From Bdellovibrionales bacterium (GTDB lineage: Bacteria > Bdellovibrionota > Bdellovibrionia > Bdellovibrionales > UBA1609), in the NCBI GenBank assembly GCA_965203225.1, contig CBDBBW010000007.1:423574-487573 (forward strand): 64,000 nucleotides of DNA. Direction: 5' to 3'. This document shows, one piece after another, positions 29,455 through 39,827 of this stretch (positions are counted from its first letter, which is position 1; each line of letters opens with the position of its first letter). A model generated the notes under the pieces. It saw only the letters and a list, made by a program, of their open reading frames with translations, was not told the DNA's origin and ran no database searches. Made by a program: the position numbers and the translations under genes.

Positions 29455-30132
29455 CCTTTTTCGTTTGATAGGCTGATGTGAGGAGGGTTTGTTTCGGTTC
29501 TGAGGATGTACTATTGTCGATCATAACTTTTCCAGTTTGATAGGGGTTTTTCATCCAGTCAGTTCCCCGTTGGCTGGCAAAGAATTAAATATACTCCTCT
29601 TATTCCAGTCAGTTCCAAGTGATGTCAGTTCCCCGTTGGCTGGCAAAGAATTAAATATACTCCTCTTATTTCCAGTCAGTTCCAAGTGATGTCTGTGTCA
29701 GTGCCATCTGTCAATAATAACTTTTCCCGATGACAGGGGTTTTGCCTCCTTGTCCGCGCTTACTCCATTATGGAAAAAACCTTAAGCCAAAGTCCTGCCC
29801 CTTCCCTTATGAAAGACTGTCTTATTTTACCCTTAAGCCAAGGCCCTTTCTCCTCCCTTATGAAAGGCCGTCTCATTTTGAGACACCGACTGTTTCACTT
29901 AAGCCAAGGCCTTTTCTCCTCTTTTATGAAAGGCCGTCTCATTTTGAGACAGCGACTGTTTCATTTCGCCCTTAAGCCAAAGTCCCGCCCCTTCCCTTAT
30001 GAAAGACTGTCTTATTTCACCCTTAAGCTAAGGCCCTTTCTCCTCTTTTATGAAAGGCTGTTTCATTTTGAGACACTGACTGTTTCATTTTTCCCTTAAG
30101 CCAAAGTCCTGCCCCTTCCCTTATGAAAGGGC
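29436..30132. repeat. composite repeat block filling the whole convergent intergenic gap
   Basis: (i) gtactattgtcgatcataac at 29436 and 29508 duplicates the last codons of 28198..29454 with a 72-bp offset. (ii) ccagtcagttcc units of 50/67 bp start at 29555, 29605 and 29672. (iii) 29780-30132 holds alternating 51-bp and ~68-bp units (ccttaagccaa...cccttatgaaag...) in the order A-B-B-A-B-A, ending against the sohB stop. Confidence 0.9.
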
Positions 30133-31152
30133 CTACCTTCTAAGCCACTTTTTCAAGATCAAAAGACCGGAAGCAGATATATTTCTTATTTTTTTTGAGA
30201 GCAGTCGCTGAATGCCCATTAACTCCTCTTCTTTTAGTGTAAGCTTGTATACTTTTTTATTCTTCAGCAGGGATAAAATATAATCATCACTGACAGCGAT
30301 CTCATCCACCAGACCCAGTTCCTTTGCTTTTGTTCCAAGCCAGTGTTCGCCAGTCGCTATTTTGGACAAATCCAGTGCGGGTCTGTACTTTTTGATATAG
30401 TTTTGAAAGTGAAAATGAATTTCCTCCAATTGTTCTTTTAATTTTTCTCTTTTTTGATCGGTAGTTTTTCCAAGCATAGTCACAGTTCTTTTATGCTCAC
30501 CGGCGTAGTGTTCTTCGTAATCTACATTTTGCTTTTGTAAAAATCTGTAAAAATTGGGTATTTGTGCTAGCACTCCAATGGAGCCGATGACAGCGAAAGG
30601 AGCTGCTAAAATTTTATTTGCCACACAGGCCATAAGATAGCCTCCGCTTCCCGCTACCTCATCTACACAAACTGTCAGGTGAAAGCCTTTATTCCTCAAT
30701 CTTTCAAGCTGGCTGGCTCCCAGGCCGTGGTTGTGGACAACCCCTCCGCGGTTGTTCAGTCTGACAATAATTTCGTCTTTTTTCGGGTCCGCTGTTTTCA
30801 GTAAGATGGAGATTTCCTCCCGCAGAAAGCGCACTTGGGAGGCTTCAATGTCCCCTTTGAAGTCCAATACATAAGCCCGTGGTTTATCTTCAAGACTTTC
30901 TGTTTTCTTTTTCTTTTTAATTTGTTTTAGTTGTTTTTTTACTGTTTTCGCACAACGAGTAACAGACTGAACCGCCAACTGATAGGCCTGAAGGTTCTCC
31001 TCTAGATCTTCCACTTCCAGCTTTTTTTTCTTTTTCCATTTTTTATGTTCGGACAAAGCCATACCGAAAAAAGCGATTAATACTCCAATTAAAATCACAA
31101 AAATAAAAACCTTGCTTGCGAAAACACCGATTTCGACAAAAAAATCAGCCAT
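30133..31152 (-). CDS. sohB: S49-family periplasmic serine peptidase SohB
   Basis: N-terminal TM, then VLDFKGDIEASQV, NRGGVVHNHGLGASQLERLR, VCVDEVAGSGGYLMACVANKILAAPFAVIGSIGV and ATGEHWLG, which closely follow the SohB pattern. Confidence 0.85.
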   Translation of the reverse strand: MADFFVEIGVFASKVFIFVILIGVLIAFFGMALSEHKKWKKKKKLEVEDLEENLQAYQLAVQSVTRCAKTVKKQLKQIKKKKKTESLEDKPRAYVLDFKGDIEASQVRFLREEISILLKTADPKKDEIIVRLNNRGGVVHNHGLGASQLERLRNKGFHLTVCVDEVAGSGGYLMACVANKILAAPFAVIGSIGVLAQIPNFYRFLQKQNVDYEEHYAGEHKRTVTMLGKTTDQKREKLKEQLEEIHFHFQNYIKKYRPALDLSKIATGEHWLGTKAKELGLVDEIAVSDDYILSLLKNKKVYKLTLKEEELMGIQRLLSKKIRNISASGLLILKKWLRR

Positions 31153-31193
31153 GATTACATCCTTTCTTTTATTTTCCCGTTGTATATTCTCTA

Positions 31194-31934
31194 TTGAGCT
31201 TTTGCCAATATATGCTTTCTTCCGTCCTTTTACTTGAAATAAAAGAACTTGTCATAAAATATAGGATAATTATAATAAACAAAATGTCTCTTGTCATTCA
31301 CGGAAACACCTTGTCTCCCAACTGCGATCAAGTGGAAATAACAGTGGAATTTTTGGTGATTCATTATACCGCCGCCGGACTTTCCAAAACCTTAGATCTT
31401 TTTCAGGATCCCGGGACCAAAGCAAGTAGTCACTTAGTGGTGGACAGAGGAGGCACTATTTATGAGCTGGTTTCCTGCCTGGAAGGTCGGTGTTTTAAGG
31501 CCTGGCACGCAGGAGAAAGTTCTTGGTGGGAGGCGGGAAGGAAATGGAAGCAGTTTAATGACTTTTCCATTGGAGTGGAATTGGTGAATAAAAACGGAAA
31601 CCTGTTTGAATACACAAAAAAACAATATCACTGTCTTACAACTTTGATTGGAAAATTAAAAAAGCATTACCCCGCTTTGGAAAATCCGGAGCGTATCTTA
31701 GGGCATGAACATATTGCAGGTTATAGAGGTAAGGTGGATCCTGGGTATTATTTTGACTGGCCCTTGTTTTTTAAGATGAACTATCCCCGTTCAGTCACTA
31801 TGAGAAAGCCCTTGTTGTCTGAAGAGCAAAGGAAAGTGTTTTTTGACACTTTGGCTGTGTCCGGAACACAGGAAACAGATGAGTATTGGATAGAATTAAA
31901 TAATCAGATGGAAAGCCGGTTTAAAAAGAGATAA
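31194..31934 (+). CDS. ampD: N-acetylmuramoyl-L-alanine amidase (AmpD-like, Amidase_2)
   Basis: Motifs FLVIHYTA, SSHLVVDRGGTIYELV, KAWHAGES, NDFSIGVELVN, ILGHEHIA and KVDPGYYFDW. The true start is probably the internal M at about 31284. Confidence 0.85.
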   Translation: MSFCQYMLSSVLLLEIKELVIKYRIIIINKMSLVIHGNTLSPNCDQVEITVEFLVIHYTAAGLSKTLDLFQDPGTKASSHLVVDRGGTIYELVSCLEGRCFKAWHAGESSWWEAGRKWKQFNDFSIGVELVNKNGNLFEYTKKQYHCLTTLIGKLKKHYPALENPERILGHEHIAGYRGKVDPGYYFDWPLFFKMNYPRSVTMRKPLLSEEQRKVFFDTLAVSGTQETDEYWIELNNQMESRFKKR

Positions 31935-31967
31935 GTTTTTTTGCTCAGCAAAGTCAGGTGAAAATAG

Positions 31968-32207
31968 GACCAGTTTTGTTGTCTTTGCGCTTAATTTTGT
32001 TGCCTTTGCATGAATGATGATATGCGCTTGATTTTGTTGCCTTTGCATGAATGATGATATGTGCTTGATTTTGTTGCCTTTGCATGAATGATGATATGCG
32101 CTTAATTTTGTTGCCTTTGCATGAATGATGATATGCGCTTGATTTTGTTGCCTTTGCATGAATGATGACATGCACTTGATTTTGTTGCCTTTGCGCGGAA
32201 TAGGAAT
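31968..32207. repeat. 37-bp tandem array, ~6 copies
   Basis: The unit gcgcttRattttgttgcctttgcatgaatgatgatat starts at 31987, 32024, 32061, 32098, 32135 and 32172. Confidence 0.9.
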
Positions 32208-32229
32208 AGGGCGGGGCATTCTTTGGGTC

Positions 32230-32766
32230 TTAATTAAGACTGTTGATTTCCGCTATATAGGGCAGGTGGCGGAACTGCTCCTGATAGTCCAAACCATATC
32301 CCACTAGAAAAGACGATTGCTCCACTTTGAATCCCGTATAGTCAATTTGGCATTTTCGCTCTCGAACACTTTGAGGTTTGGCAATTAATACAACCGTGGT
32401 GAGGGATGCAGGATTGCGATTTTTAAAATAAGATTGCAGAAATTCCAGAGTGTGTCCTTTGTCCACAATATCTTCGATCAGAATAATGTGCCGTCCTGAG
32501 ACATTCAGGTTTGTGTCCATAATGAGCTTTACCTCTTTTGTGGGGTCTTTTCTTGTTCCGTATCGGGAGGTTTCGCAAAAATCACATATTACACGACATG
32601 AAAGAGAACGTATTAAATCCGAGTAAAAGATAAAAGAGCCTTTTAGGACTCCAATGGCGATCAACTGCTGATTCTCAAACTTTTTATTAAGGGTTGAAGC
32701 TATTTCCTGAACTCTCTTTTGTATTTGTTCCTTGGTAATTAAAATGGAGGTTTTTATATCAAGCAT
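32230..32766 (-). CDS. hpt: hypoxanthine phosphoribosyltransferase
   Basis: PRPP-binding HIILIEDIVDKGHTL and the C-terminal FLVGYGLDYQEQFRHLPYI. Confidence 0.9.
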   Translation of the reverse strand: MLDIKTSILITKEQIQKRVQEIASTLNKKFENQQLIAIGVLKGSFIFYSDLIRSLSCRVICDFCETSRYGTRKDPTKEVKLIMDTNLNVSGRHIILIEDIVDKGHTLEFLQSYFKNRNPASLTTVVLIAKPQSVRERKCQIDYTGFKVEQSSFLVGYGLDYQEQFRHLPYIAEINSLN

Positions 32767-33059
32767 TGATTATTATCTTTGTTACAGGTTGAAAATAAAA
32801 AAGAAAGCTCAGATTTTAACTTGATTGGGCTTACTTTCAACAGTTTTCAATAAATACTCTTATCCAGTTTGATTTTTCAGGTTTTCATAATATGAAAATT
32901 GTCAGTAATCAGCCACATACACATACATCTTCAGGACCTGTGGTCAAAATTTGGACTCACATAAGGGCCTTTTCATAAGGGCAGTATAATTTAAGGATAT
33001 TTTTTTGTCCATAATTATACGAATAAGATGGTTTTTTTTCCTAATGGTCGTCAGGAGGT

Positions 33060-34470
33060 GGGGGGGCTTAAGCCAGTGGCGTAAGGGGTAGAGCTTGATG
33101 ATATGTCCAAAAATATTCATCGTTTGAAGTGGAGGGGCTTAAGCCAGAGGCGTAAGAGGTAGAGGGAGGGGTCGGACTGCTGTGCCGCCAAGAGCTGGGT
33201 TTTGGATGGAGTTCCAGTTGTTTTTGTCGTCTGTACAGGTATGTAGGTATATGCCCTAAGAGTTGGGGGTGTATAGCCTCCGTCCATAAGGCAAGAGGTT
33301 AATCAACATTTACGGAACTCTATGGGCAAGGCATCAGCAGGAGCAGGGTGCATGGCCTCTGTCCATAAGGCAAGAGGTTAATCAACATTTACGGAACTCT
33401 ATGGGCAAGGCATAGGGCATCAGGGTTCATGGCCTCTGTCCATAAGGCAAGAGGTTAATCAACATTTACGGAACTCTATGGGCAAGGCATAGGGCATCAG
33501 GGTTCATGGCCTCTGTCCATAATGCAAGAGGTTAAGCAACATTTACGGACGACTCTATGGGCAAGGCATCGGGAGCAGGGTGCATAGCCTCGTGTCCATA
33601 AGGCAGGAGGTTAAACCAGGCGGATCAGGCCTGTATGCACAAGAAAAAGGAGGTACCAGGCCTACCCATCCATAAGGCAAGAGGTTAATCAACATTTACG
33701 GAAAGGGCATCAGGGTGCATAGCCTGTGTCCATAAGGTAACTGTTAAGATAAAGTGCGATGCGTGCCCGTCAAGGGGGGCATCAAGGTGTATAGTATAGC
33801 CTCTGTCCAGGGCATGAGGTTAAACCAATCAGACCTGTATGCACAAGAACAGGGTACACAGGCCTCCTTATCCTCACCATCCATAAGGCAGGAGGTTAGG
33901 CAATATTTACAGAACTCTATGGGCAGAGCATCAAGGTGCATAGCCTCGTGTCCATAAGGCAGGAGGTTAAACCAGGCGGATCAGGCCTGTATGCACAAGA
34001 AAAAGGAGGTACCAGGCCTACCCATCCATAAGGCAAGAGGTTAATCAACATTTACGGAAAGGGCATCAGGGTGCATAGCCTGTGTCCATAAGGTAACTGT
34101 TAAGATAAAGTGCGATGCGTGCCCGTCAAGGGGGGCATCAAGGTGTATAGTATAGCCTCTGTCCAGGGCATGAGGTTAAACCAATCAGACCTGTATGCAC
34201 AAGAACAGGGTACATAGGCCTCCTTATCCTCACCATCCATAAGGCAGGAGGTTAGGCAATATTTACAGAACTCTATGGGCAGAGCATCAAGGTGCATAGC
34301 CTGTGTCCATAAGGCAAGAGGTTAATCAACATTTACGGAACTCTATGGGCAGGGTGCATAGCCTCCGTCCATAAGGCAGGAGGTGTTAAACCAGGCGGAT
34401 CAGGTCTGTATGCGCAAGAAAAAGGAGGTACCAGGCCTACCCATCCATAAGGCAGGAAGTTAAGTCCTCT
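33060..34470. repeat. 1.4-kb complex repeat region (71-bp pair, degenerate ~77-bp units, nested 356-bp tandem duplication)
   Basis: gcttaagccag pair at 33065 and 33136. gtccataaggcaRgaggtta... units with a ~77-bp period start at about 33280. 33581-33936 is duplicated at 33937-34292, and the near-identical ORFs 33744..33941 and 34100..34297 are 356 bp apart. Confidence 0.9.
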
Positions 34471-34692
34471 GTAGATGGTGTGCATTTTGGAAGTGCGGAA
34501 AACTTGGATTGTTTTATTCGTACTAAGCCAAAAGTCGCTCGAAATAAAAAGTTGTTGAGTATTAAGCAGTGTATTAAGTATCTTCAGTTTTATAAAAAAC
34601 TGTTGCGTGATCCCTTGCCCTTAATGTTTTCAGTTTTGCGCGAGGGAATCTGTCACTTGCCATAAATAACAATCTGGTGGATATTATTTGTT

Positions 34693-36087
34693 ATGTCTTT
34701 TCGTGAGGAATCAGACAGCTTGGGTGTGGTCAGTATTCCAGCTGATCGGCTATGGGGCGCTCAGACTCAACGATCTTTGGAAAATTTTCGTATTGGCGGA
34801 TTGTCGGAACGTCTGCCGATAGAGTGTATTCATGCTTTGGCCCTTGTGAAAAAATGCTCGGCTCAGGTCAATTGGAAGCTTTCTCTCTTGGATAGCAAAA
34901 AATCCCAAGCCATTATTCAAGCCGCGGATGAGGTGATAAAGGGCCGATGGGACAACCATTTTCCTCTTGTGGTCTGGCAAACGGGCAGTGGCACTCAAAG
35001 CAATATGAATGTGAATGAGGTGATTGCCAATCGCGCTATTCAGATTATGGGTGGTCAGGTGGGGGATAAAAGCGTCCACCCCAACGATGATGTGAATAAA
35101 TGCCAGTCCTCCAATGATGTGTTCCCTACAGCGATGCATATCGTAGCAGTGGATCAATTGCACTTGCTTCTTATAAAAAGACTTAAATCCCTAAAAGAAA
35201 GCCTCTTTTCCAAGGCGAAAGAATTTGAAAAGGTAATAAAAGTGGGTCGCACTCACTTGATGGATGCCACTCCTCTTAGCTTGGGTCAGGAGTTTTCTGG
35301 TTATGCGAATCAGTTGACAGCCCATCAAGACAGAATCCAGAATTGCCTGATCCGCTTGTATGCCTTGGGTTTGGGAGGAACCGCCGTGGGGACAGGCTTA
35401 AACGCTCATCCCGATTTCGCCCGTCAAACCATTGCTTTAATTTCCAGTGAGAAAGGCTACCCTTTCGTACCGGCAAAGAATCTATTTTCCTCAAGTTCCG
35501 CTCACGATGACTTAGTGGAATTAAGCGGAATATTGAAAACCATTGCCTGTGGGCTGATGAAAATAGGCAATGATATTCGTCTTATGGCCAGTGGACCGAG
35601 GGCGGGTTTAAATGAGATTTTTATTCCCTCCAATGAACCGGGTAGTTCCATTATGCCTGGAAAAGTCAATCCCACGCAAAGTGAAGCTTTGACAATGGTT
35701 TGTGCCGAAGTAATAGGTTGTGATACAGCTGTGTCCATAGGAGGGGCCGGCGGGCATTTTGAATTGAATGCTTTTAAGCCCATGATTATCTTTAATATAC
35801 TCCGGGCGATCAGGCTACTGGCAGACGGCTGTGAAAGTTTTAAAACAAATTGCGTAGATGGCATAAAGGCAAACGAGCAACAGTTAAATCGCAATCTCAG
35901 TCAGTCCCTTATGTTGGTAACCGCTTTAAATCCTCATATTGGATATGATAAGTCCGCTCAAATTGCCAAATCGGCATATCAAAATGGCACTACATTAAAG
36001 GAAGCGGCTGTAAAACTGGGATATGTTACTGATGAGGAGTTTGATCGTTGGGTTCAGCCGGAAAATATGTTGAGTTCTAAAAAGTGA
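34693..36087 (+). CDS. fumC: class II fumarate hydratase
   Basis: The signature [16 protein letters not shown] is present, with full-length collinearity to the FumC pattern ([23 protein letters not shown]). Confidence 0.95.
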   Translation: MSFREESDSLGVVSIPADRLWGAQTQRSLENFRIGGLSERLPIECIHALALVKKCSAQVNWKLSLLDSKKSQAIIQAADEVIKGRWDNHFPLVVWQTGSGTQSNMNVNEVIANRAIQIMGGQVGDKSVHPNDDVNKCQSSNDVFPTAMHIVAVDQLHLLLIKRLKSLKESLFSKAKEFEKVIKVGRTHLMDATPLSLGQEFSGYANQLTAHQDRIQNCLIRLYALGLGGTAVGTGLNAHPDFARQTIALISSEKGYPFVPAKNLFSSSSAHDDLVELSGILKTIACGLMKIGNDIRLMASGPRAGLNEIFIPSNEPGSSIMPGKVNPTQSEALTMVCAEVIGCDTAVSIGGAGGHFELNAFKPMIIFNILRAIRLLADGCESFKTNCVDGIKANEQQLNRNLSQSLMLVTALNPHIGYDKSAQIAKSAYQNGTTLKEAAVKLGYVTDEEFDRWVQPENMLSSKK

Positions 36088-36103
36088 GCTGAATATCGTC
36101 GAA

Positions 36104-36853
36104 TTGTCTTTATTTTTCCTTGGTGTTTGTATTGGCCTTTCCTCCGCTTTTCTCGGGGTGGGAGGGGGGTTGATTATGGTGCCTTTACTGCCCTTGCTGT
36201 TTCCGCTGGATCCCGTGGAAACAGTGGTCACATCCTTGTTTGTGGTGATGGTTACTGTTTTTATAAACAGCATCTCTTTTGTAAGAAAAAAATTGGTAAA
36301 CTGGCCCTTTTTTTTTGATCTGTCTCTTGGTGCTGTTGTTTTTTCCTCTTTGTTCTCTTATATCAGTGTTCAGTTGGAACATATGATTTTCCGACTAGGC
36401 TTGTTATTGGTTTTATGTGTGGTTTTATTCATGATTTTATTCAACCCCTTGTCTCATTTTCATTTCAGAAAGAGCAAGCTAAATTCCATTATTTTAGGGA
36501 GCTTTTCGGGTTGCCTCACGGGAGTTTCGGGGGTGGGGGGGGCGATCTTCAGCCCCATTCTTTTTGAATTTCAATGGTTGAAAAAAGAGCGGATCGTTCC
36601 AACAGTTAACATGGTTATGTTTGTTACCACTTTGGCGACTTTGTCCACTTTGTTTTTGGGACATCCTAAGCAATTTGAGTTACTGAAAATGGATATTGCT
36701 GGATTCATTTTAATTGGATCTTTCTTAAGCTCTTTTATCGGCCGGCGCTTTAATTTGGGGCCTTATGAAAAGCAACGGCAGTTTTTGCTAAAAACCCTTG
36801 TTTTATGTCTTCTGATAAAAGTGTTGTTTGAATTGATTGTGTATTTCTTTTAA
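36104..36853 (+). CDS. TauE/SafE (TSUP) family anion exporter
   Basis: Membrane protein of about 8 TM segments with the duplicated G-rich motifs GVGGGLIMVPLL and GVSGVGGAIFSPIL. Confidence 0.75.
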   Translation: MSLFFLGVCIGLSSAFLGVGGGLIMVPLLPLLFPLDPVETVVTSLFVVMVTVFINSISFVRKKLVNWPFFFDLSLGAVVFSSLFSYISVQLEHMIFRLGLLLVLCVVLFMILFNPLSHFHFRKSKLNSIILGSFSGCLTGVSGVGGAIFSPILFEFQWLKKERIVPTVNMVMFVTTLATLSTLFLGHPKQFELLKMDIAGFILIGSFLSSFIGRRFNLGPYEKQRQFLLKTLVLCLLIKVLFELIVYFF

Positions 36854-36950
36854 AAGCTGGAGCTAGAGTAAAGGGGCTATGGATGGTTTCATACAGGATC
36901 AAATCTTCCCAAATTGCATTGTCATCAGGAGGTGAGGAGAGGGAGGGAGG

Positions 36951-37215
36951 GGGGCAGAGGATGTTTTCACGGTAGCCGTGGCGGTTCGAATATTGTGATT
37001 CAGGGTCATTTGTTGTTGAGGGGCAGAGAATGTTTTCACGGTAGCCTGTGGCGGTGAATCTATAGATGCGTATGGGAGTTAAGAAGATGGTGTTTGATGC
37101 CCTGTTTGTACCTTTTAATTTGCGAACCAACCGATCTAATAAGAAGGGATGATGTTTGATGCCCTGTTTGTACCTTTTAATTTGCGAACCAACCGATCTA
37201 ATAAGAAGGGATGGT
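36951..37215. repeat. two adjacent short arrays (69-bp x2; 60-62-bp x2.3)
   Basis: ggggcagagRatgttttcacggtagcc starts at 36951 and 37020. aagaagRRatgRtgtttgatgccctgtttgtaccttttaatttgcgaaccaaccgatctaat starts at 37081 and 37141, with a partial copy at 37203. Confidence 0.85.
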
Positions 37216-37439
37216 ATTGGCTTATCTATCTCTGGACCCCTGTATTTATATGTCAGATATGGTCGGGGCTGAATAAGGTTTCACAGACAGCTTGTTTTTT
37301 TTGTATCATTAGTTTTATTATTGTAATGGTTTTTTTGTGGCTAAAGGGGAAAACGGCGGCTTTCCTTTCTCCCGTAGCCGATGTGGGCTTTGGGTGAGTT
37401 GGTTTTTTTGCAGACGGTGTCAAACTTTAACTTTATAGA

Positions 37440-37730
37440 GTGGATTTTTGCTTGCGTACTTAAGGTGTAATTTGTATCGAGAGCAGTGTCAGACTGAGGT
37501 CGTATAGTTTTTTGCAATGGGATTTGATGCCGACGAGGCTGAATTGTCTAAAGTTGCATTTATAATCTGGGGCAGTATCAGGCTTAGGTCGATGAGGCTG
37601 AATTGTCTGAGTTGCATGTGTAATCTGTACCGGTGGCAGTGTCAGACTGAGTTCGATGAGTCTGAATTGTTTAATTTGACTGTGTAATCTGGGGCAGTAT
37701 CAGACTTAGGGCGTATAGTTTTTTGCAAGG
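37440..37730. repeat. irregular array (58-89-bp spacing, 4 copies) upstream of bolA
   Basis: gcagtRtcagRctKag...gaggctgaattgtct...taatctg cores start at 37483, 37572, 37636 and 37694. Confidence 0.75.
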
Positions 37731-37827
37731 GGACTTGGTGTGGAAAGGCTCTATGTACAAGCGGAACAGTTTGTAAGAAATAATAAACGGTATTTCCATT
37801 AATATTGTATCATGGTAAGGGGTAAGT

Positions 37828-38136
37828 ATGAGTGTGGAACACAAAATCCGGCAGAAATTAAACTCTCATTTTAATATTGCCGTGTTGGAAGTGGTGAATG
37901 AAAGCCCTAATCATCAAGTACCTGAAGGTGCCGAGACCCACTTTCGCGTGTTGATTGTTTCCAAGGATTTTGAAGGATTAAACACTGTTAAGCGTCATCA
38001 GAAGGTATATCAGGTATTGAAGGAGGAACTGCAAGGGCCTGTGCACGCTTTCTCCCAAAAAACCCTAACCCCGGCGGAATGGTCAGCACCTGAGTCCTTT
38101 GTTTCACCATCTCCTCCCTGTCAAAGGAAAGGGTAA
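37828..38136 (+). CDS. bolA: BolA-family protein
   Basis: The sequence LEVVNESPNHQVPEGAETHFRVLIVSKDFEGLNTVKRHQKVYQVL....VHAFSQKTLTPAEW matches the BolA fold pattern. Confidence 0.85.
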   Translation: MSVEHKIRQKLNSHFNIAVLEVVNESPNHQVPEGAETHFRVLIVSKDFEGLNTVKRHQKVYQVLKEELQGPVHAFSQKTLTPAEWSAPESFVSPSPPCQRKG

Positions 38137-38156
38137 AAGCCTCATTCCCTGATACA

Positions 38157-38305
38157 GAGTTAGGCTGTCCTTACATTTTCAAGGTACCCCCTCGGTTATC
38201 TCAAGATCCCCTATTACAAAAGCAACAGGAGTTAGGTTGTCCTTACATCTTCAAGGTATCCCCTCGGTTTCAAGGTATCCCCTCGGCTTCAAGGTATCCC
38301 CTATA
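38157..38305. repeat. 72-bp-offset pair plus 17-bp triplet
   Basis: gagttaggYtgtccttacatYttcaaggta starts at 38157 and 38229. ttcaaggtatcccctcgg occurs about three times in 38251-38305. Confidence 0.8.
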
Positions 38306-38410
38306 TATACTGTCCTCAGTCATTATTGAGTTTTTTCTTTTGATAAGTTGATACTATAAGGGTATTATATATACTTAGTTATAGAATACTGTTAAAAACA
38401 GTAGTACAAC

Positions 38411-38872
38411 TTGGAGGTTAATATGGCAGTAAAGAAGCAAAAAAAAGCGATTAAAAGAAAAAAGAAGGTAGTAAAAAAAAAAGCTAAAAAGAAAGTAGTA
38501 AAAAAGCAGGCTAAGAAAAAAGTAGTGAAAAAGAAGGCTAAGAAAAAAGTGGTGAAAAAGCAGGCCAAGAAAAAAGTAGTGAAAAAGAAGGCTAAGAAAA
38601 AAGTGGTGAAAAAGAAGAAAAGGAAATTGAACCCGGCTCTTATGAAAACTCTGGAAGCTTCAGACAAACTTGCGGCGGTAGTGAATTCAAAAAAGATCAC
38701 CAGGCAAAAAGCAATCAAGCATTTTTGGGACTATGTAAAGAAGAACAAATTACAAGACTCAAAAGACAGACGCAATATCAACTTGGATGACAAGTTGAAG
38801 CAGCTTTTTGGAAATAAAAAACAAGTGAGTATGTTTGAAGCAACAAAAGTGATAAGTAAAAATTTGAAATAG
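38411..38872 (+). CDS. histone-H1-like lysine-repeat N-terminus fused to a SWIB/MDM2 domain
   Basis: Six 8-aa units AKKKVVKK(K/Q) are followed by LNPALMKTLEASDKLAAVV..KKITRQKAIKHFWDYVKKNKLQDSKDRRNINLDDKLKQLFG..VSMFE, the SWIB pattern. Confidence 0.85.
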   Translation: MEVNMAVKKQKKAIKRKKKVVKKKAKKKVVKKQAKKKVVKKKAKKKVVKKQAKKKVVKKKAKKKVVKKKKRKLNPALMKTLEASDKLAAVVNSKKITRQKAIKHFWDYVKKNKLQDSKDRRNINLDDKLKQLFGNKKQVSMFEATKVISKNLK

Positions 38873-38934
38873 AAAATAATTGTAATTTAGCTGAACTAAA
38901 GAAGCCTGCTTTTTTATAAAGAGTGGGCTTCTTT

Positions 38935-39585
38935 TTGAAAAATCAATTATTAAGTGTTTTTCTAATTGAGACTTTATTCTTATTTGTATAGAAGCTTTGT
39001 TTTTATAGAGATAGAGATTTTGTTCTTATGGATGAATTGAAAAGCAAACAAAATAAAGAGTTAGATTATAAGGTTTGTAAAGAGGCCATGAACAATCCTG
39101 ACTGGATGGAGGAATTAAACCGATGGGGTCGGGAGGAGATTCGCTTGGCGGAAGATGAGATGCCAGGTTTGATGGCTTTAAGGAAAGAGTATACTGCACT
39201 GAAGCCTCTTGCCGGCGCGCGTATCACGGGTTGCTTGCACAGACCATCCAAACAGCGGTGTTGATAGAAACCCTGATTGATCTGGGCGCTCAGGTGAGGG
39301 TGAAAAAACAGAAAAGGAAGTTGAACCCGGCTCTTATGAAAATTCTGGAAGCTTCAGACAAACTTGCGGCGGTAGTGGGTTCAAAAAAGATCACCAGGCA
39401 AAACGCGATCAAGCATTTTTGGGACTATGTAAAGAAGAACAAATTACAAGACTCAAAAGACAGACGCAATATCAACTTGGATGACAAGTTGAAGCAGCTT
39501 TTTGGAAGTAAAAAACAAGTGAGTATGTTTGAAGTAACAAAGTTGATAAGTAAAAATTTGAAATAGAAAATGATTGTAATTTAGT
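38935..39585 (+). pseudogene. chimeric duplication: ahcY promoter plus codons 1-91 (with a 1-nt deletion) joined to the last ~90 codons of the SWIB gene
   Basis: 38935-39297 matches 40675-41038, except that cacatgacc becomes cacagacc. 39298-39585 matches about 38603-38893. The joint is at caggtgag|ggtgaaaaa (GGTGA microhomology). The ORF track fragments are 39028..39264 and 39231..39566. Confidence 0.8.
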
Positions 39586-39827
39586 TTATTGTCGTGGATT
39601 TTTGTTTTGGATATAAGCTTTGTATCCATTTGTAAGAGGATATGTGGTTTTTCCCTGTTTTCATGCCGTTTTTATTCCACAATTTTGTATCCATCCTCCG
39701 TAAGAGGATATGTGGTGAGCTGATTTTTTATCCAGGTTGGAATTTATGCCTTTCAGGGCTTGGTGATATTTTCATATTTTGTTAATAATTTCAAAAGGGG
39801 TTTAAAAGAGCAAAGTCGGAGTAAAGT

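Noticed and set aside
33744-34297. Near-identical 65-aa ORFs 33744..33941 and 34100..34297, and 33754..33957
   Set aside because: They are by-products of the 356-bp tandem duplication inside the repeat region. There are no coding features beyond an open frame.
37149-37397. 82-aa ORF starting inside the 60-62-bp repeat
   Set aside because: The start codon lies in a duplicated unit, there is no RBS, and the hydrophobic low-complexity sequence has no recognisable family. It is left unannotated, though a small membrane peptide cannot be excluded.
38392-38718. 108-aa ORF antisense to the SWIB gene's lysine repeat
   Set aside because: It is the complement of AAG/AAA-rich repeats, which gives a stop-free Phe/Leu-rich frame. 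It is an artefact.
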